Position numbers and translations under genes: made by a program. Under the pieces are notes generated by a model. It was not told the DNA's origin, ran no database searches, and saw only the letters and a list, made by a program, of their open reading frames with translations. Below, one piece after another: positions 1 through 8,943 of a DNA stretch of 64,000 nt. Source of the stretch: a virus; the IMG/VR virus record IMGVR_UViG_3300017710_002137, positions 1 through 64,000 of that record. One strand, 5' to 3'. The number at the start of each line of letters is the position of its first letter. Position 1 is the first letter of the stretch.

Positions 1-311
1 AAGAAGGAGAACGAAAGTTTATAATGGAATCATTAAGAGATGTGGATTATGTTTATGTAATGAATCCACTTATACATGGAGATGATACAGCAATTGATTT
101 CATTGACCATGCAAAACATAAATGGCATACTACATATAGTGATGATATAAAAGGTAAAATGGCTTTTGGTAATGGTGGAGATAGAACAGAAACAACCACA
201 CCAGAAAACGATGTATGTAATTCATATGGAATAGAATCAGTATGGGGATTGGGAGATAAAGTACAATCTTCATCTTGGTTATTAGAAAAATATTTAAACA
301 TAGCAGAATAA
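1..311 (+). CDS. Cytidylyltransferase-like (RfaE domain II/TagD-type) protein, C-terminal part; gene begins upstream of the window
   Basis: Frame is open from the window edge (EGERKFIMESLRDVDYV). Carries FGNGGDR and a terminal KVQSSSWL motif typical of this nucleotidyltransferase family. Confidence 0.7.
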   Translation, partial: EGERKFIMESLRDVDYVYVMNPLIHGDDTAIDFIDHAKHKWHTTYSDDIKGKMAFGNGGDRTETTTPENDVCNSYGIESVWGLGDKVQSSSWLLEKYLNIAE

Positions 312-529
312 TGGATATAGAACGATTAGTAAAAGAGTTTCCAAATGATATGGAACTTGGTAAGGCAGTAAGAGAGATTTACTTACAAAGAGAAAAAATT
401 TTAGAAGAACATAAAGATATAAAAATATTTGAATCACCTGATAAGGGTAAAACGGTTTATGTTAGAGGTTGGGGACAACCTTCTTCAACAAGAAAAAAAG
501 TTACAAATCAATTAAACATATTTGAATGA
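311..529 (+). CDS. Hypothetical phage protein
   Basis: ORF 275..529. The ATG at 311 overlaps the previous stop (TAATG) and is the likelier start; ATGA overlap with the next gene. Confidence 0.6.
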   Translation: MDIERLVKEFPNDMELGKAVREIYLQREKILEEHKDIKIFESPDKGKTVYVRGWGQPSSTRKKVTNQLNIFE

Positions 530-1137
530 GATTAATTAAAGACCCAAATAAAATAAGAAAAGCAATTGAACCAACTCCCATGACTCAAGTAGAGATTGAT
601 GAAATATCAACAACTCTATTACAAGAACTAACAAAACATGGAGGAATAGGATTATCGGCAAACCAAATAGGATTAGATGTTAGGGCGTGTGTAATTAACG
701 TTACTGAGCCTTTAGTATTGATAAACCCAAAGGTTTTAGAAGTATCAGAAGATACTGTTGCTTATGTAGAACAATGTTTATCTATCCCAAAATCAATTCG
801 TAAACCAGTTAAAACAGTAAGACATAAATCATTTAAAGTTGAAACAGATAACTTAGGTATAGTAGAGTTTTCACCAACAAAAACAGATTGGAAAGATTCT
901 AATGAGTTCTTTTCTGATGAAGGATTGTTAGAAACAGTTTGTGCTCAACATGAGATAGACCATCTCAATGGAGTTCTAATTACAGACTCATCAAGAAGAT
1001 ATACTCAAACTATTACTCGAGCAAAAAAATATGGTAGAAACGAAAGGGTAATGGTTAAGTTACCAAGTGGAGATACTGAATTTATGAAATACAAGAAAGC
1101 AGAACCTTTATTAACACAAGGTGCTGAAATCTTATAA
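526..1137 (+). CDS. def: Peptide deformylase
   Basis: Motifs GIGLSANQ (motif 1), EQCLS (motif 2 variant) and QHEIDHLNG (HExxH motif 3). Confidence 0.93.
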   Translation: MRLIKDPNKIRKAIEPTPMTQVEIDEISTTLLQELTKHGGIGLSANQIGLDVRACVINVTEPLVLINPKVLEVSEDTVAYVEQCLSIPKSIRKPVKTVRHKSFKVETDNLGIVEFSPTKTDWKDSNEFFSDEGLLETVCAQHEIDHLNGVLITDSSRRYTQTITRAKKYGRNERVMVKLPSGDTEFMKYKKAEPLLTQGAEIL

Positions 1138-1149
1138 TTAAACGAAAAC

Positions 1150-1416
1150 ATGGGAAAACTTATATTTACATATACAGACAAGGATTTTATTGAGAACAAT
1201 AGAGAAGCTAATAAAGTAGAGCTTGATGTACCAGATGATATGGACATTAACGAATACAAAATCGTCTGTGTAAGAATGGCATCCGCCATTGGTTATGGTA
1301 ACAAATCAATAACAAAAGCATTTGGAGATTTAGTTTTTGGACAGGATGACCCAAACACAATAAAGGAATTATTAGATGAACTCAATATCAAAGGTGGCAA
1401 TAAAAAAATTAAATGA
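1150..1416 (+). CDS. Hypothetical protein
   Basis: 88-aa ORF in a tightly packed operon. Confidence 0.6.
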   Translation: MGKLIFTYTDKDFIENNREANKVELDVPDDMDINEYKIVCVRMASAIGYGNKSITKAFGDLVFGQDDPNTIKELLDELNIKGGNKKIK

Positions 1417-1627
1417 TAGATTATTAACTCAGAATATTATCATGCAAACACTTATTGATGTTATATTAGAGAATGGTATGATTACAGAAAAAGAGTTAGA
1501 ATCTAAGATACAAAAAAATATCGATGATATGGATAATATTCTCGATTCACTACAAGAAGAATCTTCAGAATTAGGTGAAGATGTAGTTATTAGTGGGATG
1601 TACTTCGGCCCACATGGAGAAGCATAA
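1376..1627 (+). CDS. Hypothetical acidic protein (start may be GTG at 1394)
   Basis: 83-aa ORF overlapping the previous gene and ending just before a promoter-like region. Confidence 0.55.
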   Translation: MNSISKVAIKKLNDRLLTQNIIMQTLIDVILENGMITEKELESKIQKNIDDMDNILDSLQEESSELGEDVVISGMYFGPHGEA

Positions 1628-1647
1628 TTAAAATTTTTCCGTTTTTA

Positions 1648-1679
1648 TTTGGATATATGGAATTTTTTTCGTATATTAG
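1648..1679 (+). promoter_or_regulatory. Bacteroidetes-type housekeeping-sigma promoter (-33 TTTG / -7 TATATTAG)
   Basis: TTTG 1648-1651, 20-nt spacer, TATATTAG 1672-1679. One mismatch to TAnnTTTG; same layout as the sites at 25809 and 28386. Confidence 0.65.
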
Positions 1680-1709
1680 TGAAGTATGTTTAATCAAAGA
1701 GGAGACTTT

Positions 1710-2312
1710 ATGAAAAAACAAATTATATTTACTTTGATAGTTTCACTACTATCATTTGGAATGATTGATTCGGCAATGAAATCTGAGTTTAAAGCTTCAG
1801 AAATAACATTACAAGAATTAGAAGAACAAAGAAAGATTCAAGAGTTAGAATTAAAAAAACTCGAAGAACAAAGAATCCAGCAATATCACGAAGATGAACT
1901 ACAAAGGTTCTTAACTGATATAGGATTTAGAGAAAGTGGTAACAGATATGGTATCACAAATAAATGGGGATACATGGGTAGATATCAATTCGGTAAATCA
2001 ACATTAAAAGGTTTAGGATTTGAAGTTTCTAAAAATGAATTCCTTAGTAATCCACAACTACAAGATTCAGCAATGATGGCTTTATTAAATCACAACAAAG
2101 AAAAACTACAAAAGTATATTGATTTATTCGATGGAGAAACAATCGATGGTATGTATATTTCTGAAAGTGGTATATTAGCCGCGGCTCACCTCGGAGGACA
2201 GGGTTCTGTAAAAAGATACTTTAGAAATGGTAAGGTGTTTAGAGATGGTAATGGAACAAAGATTACATCTTATATGAATAAGTTTAGTGGATATGATATA
2301 AAATTAAATTAA
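1710..2312 (+). CDS. Lysozyme-like/lytic transglycosylase-fold protein with N-terminal signal or anchor
   Basis: AGGAGA Shine-Dalgarno before ATG 1710. Hydrophobic N-terminus, coiled linker, then FRESGNRY (putative catalytic Glu), GRYQF and AAAHLGG motifs. Confidence 0.75.
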   Translation: MKKQIIFTLIVSLLSFGMIDSAMKSEFKASEITLQELEEQRKIQELELKKLEEQRIQQYHEDELQRFLTDIGFRESGNRYGITNKWGYMGRYQFGKSTLKGLGFEVSKNEFLSNPQLQDSAMMALLNHNKEKLQKYIDLFDGETIDGMYISESGILAAAHLGGQGSVKRYFRNGKVFRDGNGTKITSYMNKFSGYDIKLN

Positions 2313-2319
2313 AAAAGTT

Positions 2320-2595
2320 ATGTTAGAATTATTTACAACCTATAATATCGTTATAGGTTTTTCAGTATTATTAAACTTAATATTATTGGTAGGTGTACGA
2401 AACCTTATACGCCAAAATGAACAACTCGAAGATAGAGTTGTTGAAACAATATATTCAATTAGAGATAGGGTTAGTATTTCTTTAGATAAAATGCGAAAAT
2501 TAGACAATAGAGAAGCCTTTGAAAAAGATGATGAGGTTGGGGTTACCTTTAACGAATTAAAAAAAATAGTAGAAGATTTAAATAACGAATTATAA
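2320..2595 (+). CDS. Membrane-anchored coiled-coil protein
   Basis: One N-terminal transmembrane segment (IVIGFSVLLNLILLVGV) followed by a charged helical region. Confidence 0.6.
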   Translation: MLELFTTYNIVIGFSVLLNLILLVGVRNLIRQNEQLEDRVVETIYSIRDRVSISLDKMRKLDNREAFEKDDEVGVTFNELKKIVEDLNNEL

Positions 2596-2596
2596 T

Positions 2597-3346
2597 ATGC
2601 CAAAGAAAAGAAGAAAAAAATCCAAAATATATTTTGGTACACCTGCACAAGAAGCAATAGTTGAATATAATAATTGTGATGACCCAAAAATACGGTCTGT
2701 AATTTATGAAGAACGAATTAAGTATCCATTCGAAAAACTTGCGGAAAATGTTATTAATACTTTCAAGTTTTCATATTTCGATGTACCAAAAAAAGATATC
2801 CAAACAGAAGTAGTTTCTACAATGGTAGAAAAAATGCATATGTTTAAAGAGGGTAAGGGTAGAGCATTTTCTTACTTCACTATTATTGCAAAGAACCATT
2901 TGATTTTAAAGAATAATGGTAACTACAAAAGATGGAAACAAAACGCACTTCTTTCAGAAATGCCAGAAACATGGAATCCTGAAAATGATTTTACAGAAGT
3001 AGAAGAGAATAATGAGTTCAAAGATTTTAAACAACTTATGTTAGAATATTGGGATGAAAATCTAAACTCAGTATTCACTAAGAAAAGAGATTTACAAATA
3101 GCAGATGCGGTATTGGAATTATTTAGAAGAAGTGAACATATAGAAAACTTTAACAAAAAACATTTATATCTTCTCATTAGAGAAATGACCGATTGTAAAA
3201 CTCACTACATTACTAAAGTTGTAAATGTAATGAAAACACACCAGAAAAAAATGTTAAATGACTATCTTGAATATGGTGATTTTAGAAGTGAAAAAACTAA
3301 ATCATTTTGGAGTAAAGATGATTATATAGATACTGATTATTTATAG
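2597..3346 (+). CDS. Phage RNA polymerase sigma factor, T4 gp55-like (late transcription)
   Basis: Basic N-terminus with YF, LAEN segment and GRAFSYFTIIAKN, resembling the region-2 AFxYFT motif of gp55-like sigmas. Confidence 0.65.
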   Translation: MPKKRRKKSKIYFGTPAQEAIVEYNNCDDPKIRSVIYEERIKYPFEKLAENVINTFKFSYFDVPKKDIQTEVVSTMVEKMHMFKEGKGRAFSYFTIIAKNHLILKNNGNYKRWKQNALLSEMPETWNPENDFTEVEENNEFKDFKQLMLEYWDENLNSVFTKKRDLQIADAVLELFRRSEHIENFNKKHLYLLIREMTDCKTHYITKVVNVMKTHQKKMLNDYLEYGDFRSEKTKSFWSKDDYIDTDYL

Positions 3347-3358
3347 AAAATAAAATCA

Positions 3359-5062
3359 ATGGGTTATATATTAGGAATTAGTTGTGGTTATCACGATTCG
3401 GCCGCCTCTTTAATTAAAGATGGAATTGTTTTAGGAGGATGTGAAGAAGAAAGATTTACAGGCATAAAACACGATTCATCCTTTCCACATAATACAATTA
3501 AGTGGTTATTAAAAGAATTTAATGTTACCAAAAATGATTTAGAAGCAATTTGTTTCTACGAATCTCCTATTGAAAAATTAGATAGGATTGAAACCTCTAC
3601 AAAAAAAGGTGGAATACTAAATTATTTTAACAGAAGAAATATTGTTAAAAGAAATACAATATCTTATCAAGATTTAATGTTAGATATTAATTCTTATGTT
3701 GGTAACAAAACAACTGTTTCTTTTTACGAACATCACTTATCTCATGCCGCATATTCCTATTATACTTCACCATATAATAATGCTATTATTGTTTCTGTTG
3801 ATGGTGTTGGTGAGTGGGAAACAACTACGATATATGAAGGAAATAGAAACACCTTAAAAAAATTAAAATCTATTAAATTCCCACATTCACTTGGAATGTT
3901 TTACTCAGCGATGACTGCTTTTCTTGGATTCAAACCAAACGAAGGTGAATATAAAATGATGGGATTGGCTCCATATGGAGATTCTTCTAAATACATAGAT
4001 AGATTTTCTTCTATTATTGAAGATACTTATGATGGTGGTTTTAAATTAAACATGAAGTTTTTTACATACGAGTATTCAGATACACATATGTTTAATGAAA
4101 AACTTGGAATGGAACTTGGAATAGAAAATAGATTACCCGAAGAACCACTAACACAACAACATAAAGATTTAGCGGCATCTGTACAATCTATTTACGAAAA
4201 ATACTTTTTTAATTTAGTAAATCATGCCTACGAACTTTCACCATCACGAAACTTATGTTTAAGTGGTGGGTGTGCTTATAATGGTACGGCTAATGGAAAG
4301 ATATTAAAACAAACCTCATATAATAATTTATGGATTCCACCTGCTCCATCTGATGCTGGTTCTTCTATTGGATGTGCTCTTCATCACTATTATACAAACA
4401 ATGTATCGTTGAGAAAAATAAATACTAATCCATATCTTGGGCCAGAGTATTCTAAAACTGAAATTAAAAATGTAATAGATAGATATACTAAATATGTTTA
4501 TGGTGAATATGTTTCTGATATCAACTTGATAAAAAATATTTCAAAAGAAATTACTGATGGAAATATTATTGGTTGGTTTGAGGGTAGAATGGAATTTGGT
4601 GCAAGAGCATTAGGTAATCGTTCTATATTAGCAAACCCAAGAGACCCTCAAATGAAATCTCGACTAAATAAAATGATTAAGAAGAGAGAGGGGTTTAGAC
4701 CATTTGCTCCAATAGTTAAAAAAGAATCACAAGTAAAATATTTTAAATATCAAAGAGTTGTTCCTTATATGAATCAAGTGGTTAAGGTTAAAGATGAATT
4801 TGTAAATAAACTTCCAGCTATAACTCACATTGATAAATCAGCAAGAATACAGAGTTTAGATTCTAAATCTCAACCAAGAATATACTCCTTATTAGAACAA
4901 CTTGAAAAGGATAATGAATATCCAATTGTTATTAATACTTCATTCAACTTAAAAGACCAAACAATGGTTTTAACACCAGAGGATGCAATCAAAACATTTC
5001 TAAATTGTGAAATGGATATTTTAGTTCTTGGTAATTACATCTTGAAAAAAACTATTTTATGA
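3359..5062 (+). CDS. Carbamoyltransferase (NodU/CmcH/TobZ family)
   Basis: YHDSAA, EEERF, EHHLSHA, DGVGE, EYKMMGLAPYG, EFGARALGNRS, FRPFAP and NTSFN motifs. Confidence 0.95.
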   Translation: MGYILGISCGYHDSAASLIKDGIVLGGCEEERFTGIKHDSSFPHNTIKWLLKEFNVTKNDLEAICFYESPIEKLDRIETSTKKGGILNYFNRRNIVKRNTISYQDLMLDINSYVGNKTTVSFYEHHLSHAAYSYYTSPYNNAIIVSVDGVGEWETTTIYEGNRNTLKKLKSIKFPHSLGMFYSAMTAFLGFKPNEGEYKMMGLAPYGDSSKYIDRFSSIIEDTYDGGFKLNMKFFTYEYSDTHMFNEKLGMELGIENRLPEEPLTQQHKDLAASVQSIYEKYFFNLVNHAYELSPSRNLCLSGGCAYNGTANGKILKQTSYNNLWIPPAPSDAGSSIGCALHHYYTNNVSLRKINTNPYLGPEYSKTEIKNVIDRYTKYVYGEYVSDINLIKNISKEITDGNIIGWFEGRMEFGARALGNRSILANPRDPQMKSRLNKMIKKREGFRPFAPIVKKESQVKYFKYQRVVPYMNQVVKVKDEFVNKLPAITHIDKSARIQSLDSKSQPRIYSLLEQLEKDNEYPIVINTSFNLKDQTMVLTPEDAIKTFLNCEMDILVLGNYILKKTIL

Positions 5063-5120
5063 TAAATTAACTATATTTATCAATAAGAACCCTGGTCGTA
5101 TAATAAAGTGGCTAGGATAC

Positions 5121-5150
5121 AAACCCAACGAATTTCGGTTGGGTTTTTTT
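5121..5150 (+). terminator. Rho-independent terminator
   Basis: Stem AAACCCAAC/GTTGGGTTT followed by a T run. Confidence 0.85.
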
Positions 5151-5194
5151 GTACATACATATATAAACACCAAATACATCTCTTTAATTTAGGG

Positions 5195-5210
5195 TTGAAT
5201 ATATATTCAA
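5195..5210. promoter_or_regulatory. Perfect 16-bp palindrome TTGAATATATATTCAA, candidate operator
   Basis: Intergenic; the same 15-mer recurs at 33351-33365 next to the RHH gene. Confidence 0.6.
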
Positions 5211-5308
5211 AATTTTTTTATCATATATACCATAGTTATTTGTGGATATCCCAATGTTTTGCAAGATGGAAAAGTTATTAACATTAATTAAAACAAAAGG
5301 AGAAACAT

Positions 5309-5539
5309 ATGGAATTTTTGAAAAAAATTGGCTCTTGGGCTGATGAACTAACAAAAATTGGTATTAGTATAGTTGCTTTAGGAGTTGTACTTGAAGTATT
5401 ATTCAAAGGAGCAAACATCCCATTTTGGCCAGAAGTATCAGTAGTTGATAATCTTATGGGTATTTTAGGAAGTTTGAGTGCTGAAGGTCTGTTAGGACTT
5501 GTAGGTGCTTTTGTACTGTATCATATAATTAAGAAGTAG
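5309..5539 (+). CDS. Small two-transmembrane membrane protein (holin-like topology), monocistronic
   Basis: AAAGGAG Shine-Dalgarno, two hydrophobic helices, basic C-terminus; flanked by terminators. Confidence 0.7.
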   Translation: MEFLKKIGSWADELTKIGISIVALGVVLEVLFKGANIPFWPEVSVVDNLMGILGSLSAEGLLGLVGAFVLYHIIKK

Positions 5540-5574
5540 TAAATATTTTTTAATTCCATAACGCGTTAAAAATC

Positions 5575-5602
5575 AAACCCTCACTTAAGGTGGGGGTTTT
5601 TT
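5575..5602 (+). terminator. Rho-independent terminator
   Basis: AAACCCTCAC-TTAAG-GTGGGGGTTT followed by a T run. Confidence 0.85.
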
Positions 5603-5610
5603 ATTTTACC

Positions 5611-5619
5611 ATATTTATA
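5611..5619 (+). promoter_or_regulatory. Putative late promoter ATATTTATA
   Basis: Lies 22 nt before ATG 5642; the motif recurs before most structural genes. Confidence 0.65.
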
Positions 5620-5641
5620 TACAACATAATATGGTATAATC

Positions 5642-6052
5642 ATGAGTACAGATTTTGAATTATTTCCTGGCAAAAACTTAAGTGGGTTGTTCAAAGATAT
5701 CTACGATAATCAACAGAACAAGAAAAAGAGAATCTCAGAACTAATTGCGGAGATGAGAAAAATAATTAGACATGCTGGAGATATGGCAGTAATTGGTCCA
5801 ATATTAAAAGATTTAATTGATTCATCAATACGAAACGATGAATCATTAATTAAGATGAGTGCAATTGCTCAAAGGATAATTGGTGCACAACATAAAGCAG
5901 AAGGAGATAGTGGATTCCTTAGTGATGATGAAAAGGAACAACTTCTAAAACAATTAGATGAAACAATTGCTGAAGTTGCAGATGAACATGATACAAAGGT
6001 TGATGAACTTACAAATGAAATAGAAGAACTTAAACAAAAAGTTAACGAGTAA
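5642..6052 (+). CDS. Hypothetical helical/coiled-coil phage protein
   Basis: 136-aa ORF heading the baseplate operon; TAATG overlap with the next gene. Confidence 0.65.
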   Translation: MSTDFELFPGKNLSGLFKDIYDNQQNKKKRISELIAEMRKIIRHAGDMAVIGPILKDLIDSSIRNDESLIKMSAIAQRIIGAQHKAEGDSGFLSDDEKEQLLKQLDETIAEVADEHDTKVDELTNEIEELKQKVNE

Positions 6053-7290
6053 TGGCAAGAAGAATATCTACATCTAACGCATCGTTTTTTAATAACTACC
6101 AATCCACAGGACAAGATAATGTAACAGGTACTGTTGTATTTGTTCATGTTGATGATAGTGAATTCGAAACTATAGCAATTCCAAGTGATATTAGTTCTGA
6201 TGTATCTGATAAAGATTCTAAACTCGGATTTGCAAAAATAGTTTTAAGAGCGGATACATCATATGATTTAGATGATTTAGGAGATTATCCCCCATATAAT
6301 ATTGATGAAGGATTGCCTCTTCTTGGTGAAGTTGTTGAAATGGTTAAGGTTGGTGGAAACTTACATTATAAAAGAATTCACAACATTGATATAAACAAAG
6401 GAAACGCTGTAGAAGATGCTCAACTAAAAGGATTACCAGTAGAAAGTTCGGATGGAGCTTCTGGTGATTACGGAGAAACATCATCAACAGGAACTCCAAA
6501 CTCAGGAGGAGATGGTGATAGAAATAATAAACTTGGTGAATACTTTGAACCAACACAGATAAATCCTTTAAAATACTACGAAGGTGATAAATTATTACAA
6601 TCGAGATTTGGTCAATCAATTAGATTTAGTGGATACAATAATGAAGAAAATGTTTTAGCACCAACTATTCTTATTCGTAATAGACAAAACGATAAATCTA
6701 TTGAAGATTTAAAAGAATATGAAATAACCGAAGAAAATGTAATAGAAGATGGTTCAACAATTGCAATTACAAGTGGAGATTATTTATTAGGATTTAGTCC
6801 TGGTACAGAAGATGTTCCTTTTGAAACTGAGCCTGTATATCACACACCACCAGATGAATTAAAAGGAACAGACCAAGTTCTTGTTAATAGTGGTAGAATT
6901 ATATTATCATCAAAAGATTCTGAAATGATTTTCTTTTCTAAGGGAGATGTTTCAATATTATGTGATAGTAAACTTACAATTGATAATGGTAACGATGGAG
7001 CCTTTATTGATTTAAATGGAGAGTACAGAACTACAACAAATGATAATGATATGTTTTTCTTGGGTGGAAGTGGGAAAATATTTTTAAATGTTGATGGTGT
7101 TGAAGATGAACCTTTAGTAAGAGGTGAAACACTTCTTGGATTACTTGAAGAATTGATTGATGCTATAAATGTACAAATATTTCAAACACCATGTGGCCCT
7201 ACATCACCTGGTCCAACAAATGCACCAACCTTTAATGATATTAAATCAAGACTAAACACTTTCTTATCTACTTTAAATTATACGGAGTAA
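6052..7290 (+). CDS. Baseplate hub/central spike protein (gp5/gpV-like)
   Basis: N-terminal PLLGEVV (OB-fold-like), EGD..LQSRFGQSIRF, a beta-rich repeat region, and a C-terminal PLVRGE..TPCGPTSP tip; upstream of gp25/gp6. Confidence 0.6.
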   Translation: MARRISTSNASFFNNYQSTGQDNVTGTVVFVHVDDSEFETIAIPSDISSDVSDKDSKLGFAKIVLRADTSYDLDDLGDYPPYNIDEGLPLLGEVVEMVKVGGNLHYKRIHNIDINKGNAVEDAQLKGLPVESSDGASGDYGETSSTGTPNSGGDGDRNNKLGEYFEPTQINPLKYYEGDKLLQSRFGQSIRFSGYNNEENVLAPTILIRNRQNDKSIEDLKEYEITEENVIEDGSTIAITSGDYLLGFSPGTEDVPFETEPVYHTPPDELKGTDQVLVNSGRIILSSKDSEMIFFSKGDVSILCDSKLTIDNGNDGAFIDLNGEYRTTTNDNDMFFLGGSGKIFLNVDGVEDEPLVRGETLLGLLEELIDAINVQIFQTPCGPTSPGPTNAPTFNDIKSRLNTFLSTLNYTE

Positions 7291-7294
7291 GAAG

Positions 7295-7855
7295 ATGTCT
7301 TTTACTACATTTAAACAACAAATGAATAATTACATGACCAATCAAGATGGTATTGGTGCATATGCTGATTTTGCAAAAAAGATTACTCAAGAGTATGATA
7401 TGTGTATTAAGAGGGGATTCCAAACAGTGAATTCTATTCCTATAGCGGCTGGAAACACTGCAGGTATGGAAGCTATGGTTAACACAGCGTGTACAATTGC
7501 TATTTCCAAAACAGGAGGATTACATACCTTTGGTGATGATATTGGTAAAGCCGTGATTGTTTATTGGACAGGTGCAACTTTAATTGTTGGAATTCCACCA
7601 GTAATACCTGCTACTGGTGCAGTATCAAACATAACTACAACCGCCGCCGTTTGTTTGAGTCCTGGTTCATGGACACCAATGGGCCCATTAAATCCAATAG
7701 ATGATAGTATGAATTTCTTGAATAGATTGGCAGGTTCAATGCAATCTCACCTACCAACAACAACACATATGTATAATACAATATCTATATATCCAGGAGC
7801 TCCACCACCAGTAGCACCTGGAGTTTTGATATCTCCTGGTTACACAGTACCATAA
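7295..7855 (+). CDS. Hypothetical virion/baseplate protein
   Basis: 186-aa Pro/Gly/Thr-rich ORF within the baseplate operon. Confidence 0.55.
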   Translation: MSFTTFKQQMNNYMTNQDGIGAYADFAKKITQEYDMCIKRGFQTVNSIPIAAGNTAGMEAMVNTACTIAISKTGGLHTFGDDIGKAVIVYWTGATLIVGIPPVIPATGAVSNITTTAAVCLSPGSWTPMGPLNPIDDSMNFLNRLAGSMQSHLPTTTHMYNTISIYPGAPPPVAPGVLISPGYTVP

Positions 7856-7868
7856 AATGAAAGAAGAT

Positions 7869-7877
7869 ATATTTATA
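7869..7877 (+). promoter_or_regulatory. Putative late promoter ATATTTATA
   Basis: Intergenic copy of the recurrent motif. Confidence 0.6.
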
Positions 7878-7892
7878 TTAAGATAAACACAA

Positions 7893-8483
7893 TTGAAAAT
7901 GAATAATAAACAATTAATTAAAGTAATTAAAACTCTTGTTGAAGTGGAAACCGCTAAACAACAAGAACGCTTTTTATCTAAAACTTTTCCAACGATATTG
8001 GAAGAAGAAGTTAAGAAACGATTAGCAGAGGTGAAGGGAGGTGTAGTCAGCGTTCCCTCTACGCAAGTTCCACAATTAACAAATGAAGTAGACCCATTTG
8101 AACAAGCAGAACTTGCATTACAGGAACAAAGACAAACACCAAAAAAACAATTCACTAAAAACTCTGTTTTAAATGAAGTTTTAAATAATACAAAACCATT
8201 CTCAAAGGAACAGAGACAAGGTGGAGCTGGTACTAAATCTGTATTAGATAATTTACCTCAACAATCTGTAAACGAAAGTATGGATAAAACTGTAACATTT
8301 AATTCTCAAGGTGCACAAGGTGGTACTGATATGATGAGAGCTCAAATGGTACAAAAAATGGGTTATGGAGATGTAAGAAGAGGTCCTAATAAACAAGGAT
8401 TGGGTGTTCAAACTGGTTTACCTGGTTTAGATAGAATATTAAATAGAGATAATTCAGAACTTGTAAAAAAGTTTAAAAAATAA
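7893..8483 (+). CDS. Hypothetical phage protein (start may be ATG 7899)
   Basis: 196-aa ORF with FTKNSVLNEVLNNT and ILNRDNSELVK segments. Confidence 0.65.
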   Translation: MKMNNKQLIKVIKTLVEVETAKQQERFLSKTFPTILEEEVKKRLAEVKGGVVSVPSTQVPQLTNEVDPFEQAELALQEQRQTPKKQFTKNSVLNEVLNNTKPFSKEQRQGGAGTKSVLDNLPQQSVNESMDKTVTFNSQGAQGGTDMMRAQMVQKMGYGDVRRGPNKQGLGVQTGLPGLDRILNRDNSELVKKFKK

Positions 8484-8504
8484 ATTTACTTGGGAGAGTA
8501 ATTA

Positions 8505-8939
8505 ATGGCGTATATACTTGGCAGAAAAACACTTAAGGATTCTAAAGAATTTGATTCTTATGCATATGGAATCACACTACCAATACAAAATGATGGTAGA
8601 GGATTTTTTGCACAAGCATTTACATCAATCGAACAAGCAAAAAGTAATTTAAAAAATTTATTACTTACAGCAAAGGGTGAAAGAGTAATGCAACCAAACT
8701 TCGGTTCTGGATTAAGGTCATTACTATTTGAACAAATGGATGATGAAAAGTTTGAAGATAAAATACAACAAACGATTATCACTGCTGTAGAGTTTTGGTT
8801 ACCTTATATTAATATAGAAGAAATTAATGTAGAAATGACCAATGAGTTAAGAGATAAAAACCAAGTAAACTTGGATTTAAAATTTACAGTTGGTAATGAA
8901 ATTGATTTACAAGAAATAACATTGGTAGTACAGGAATAA
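8505..8939 (+). CDS. Baseplate wedge subunit, gp25/GPW family
   Basis: NLKNLLLTAKGERVMQPNFGSGLRSLLFE is the gp25 signature. Confidence 0.92.
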   Translation: MAYILGRKTLKDSKEFDSYAYGITLPIQNDGRGFFAQAFTSIEQAKSNLKNLLLTAKGERVMQPNFGSGLRSLLFEQMDDEKFEDKIQQTIITAVEFWLPYINIEEINVEMTNELRDKNQVNLDLKFTVGNEIDLQEITLVVQE

Positions 8940-8943
8940 TATT

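Noticed and set aside
5063-5308. tRNA or known riboswitch in the intergenic gaps
   Set aside because: No cloverleaf, T-loop GTTCRA context or recognisable aptamer was found by eye; a covariance search was not possible.
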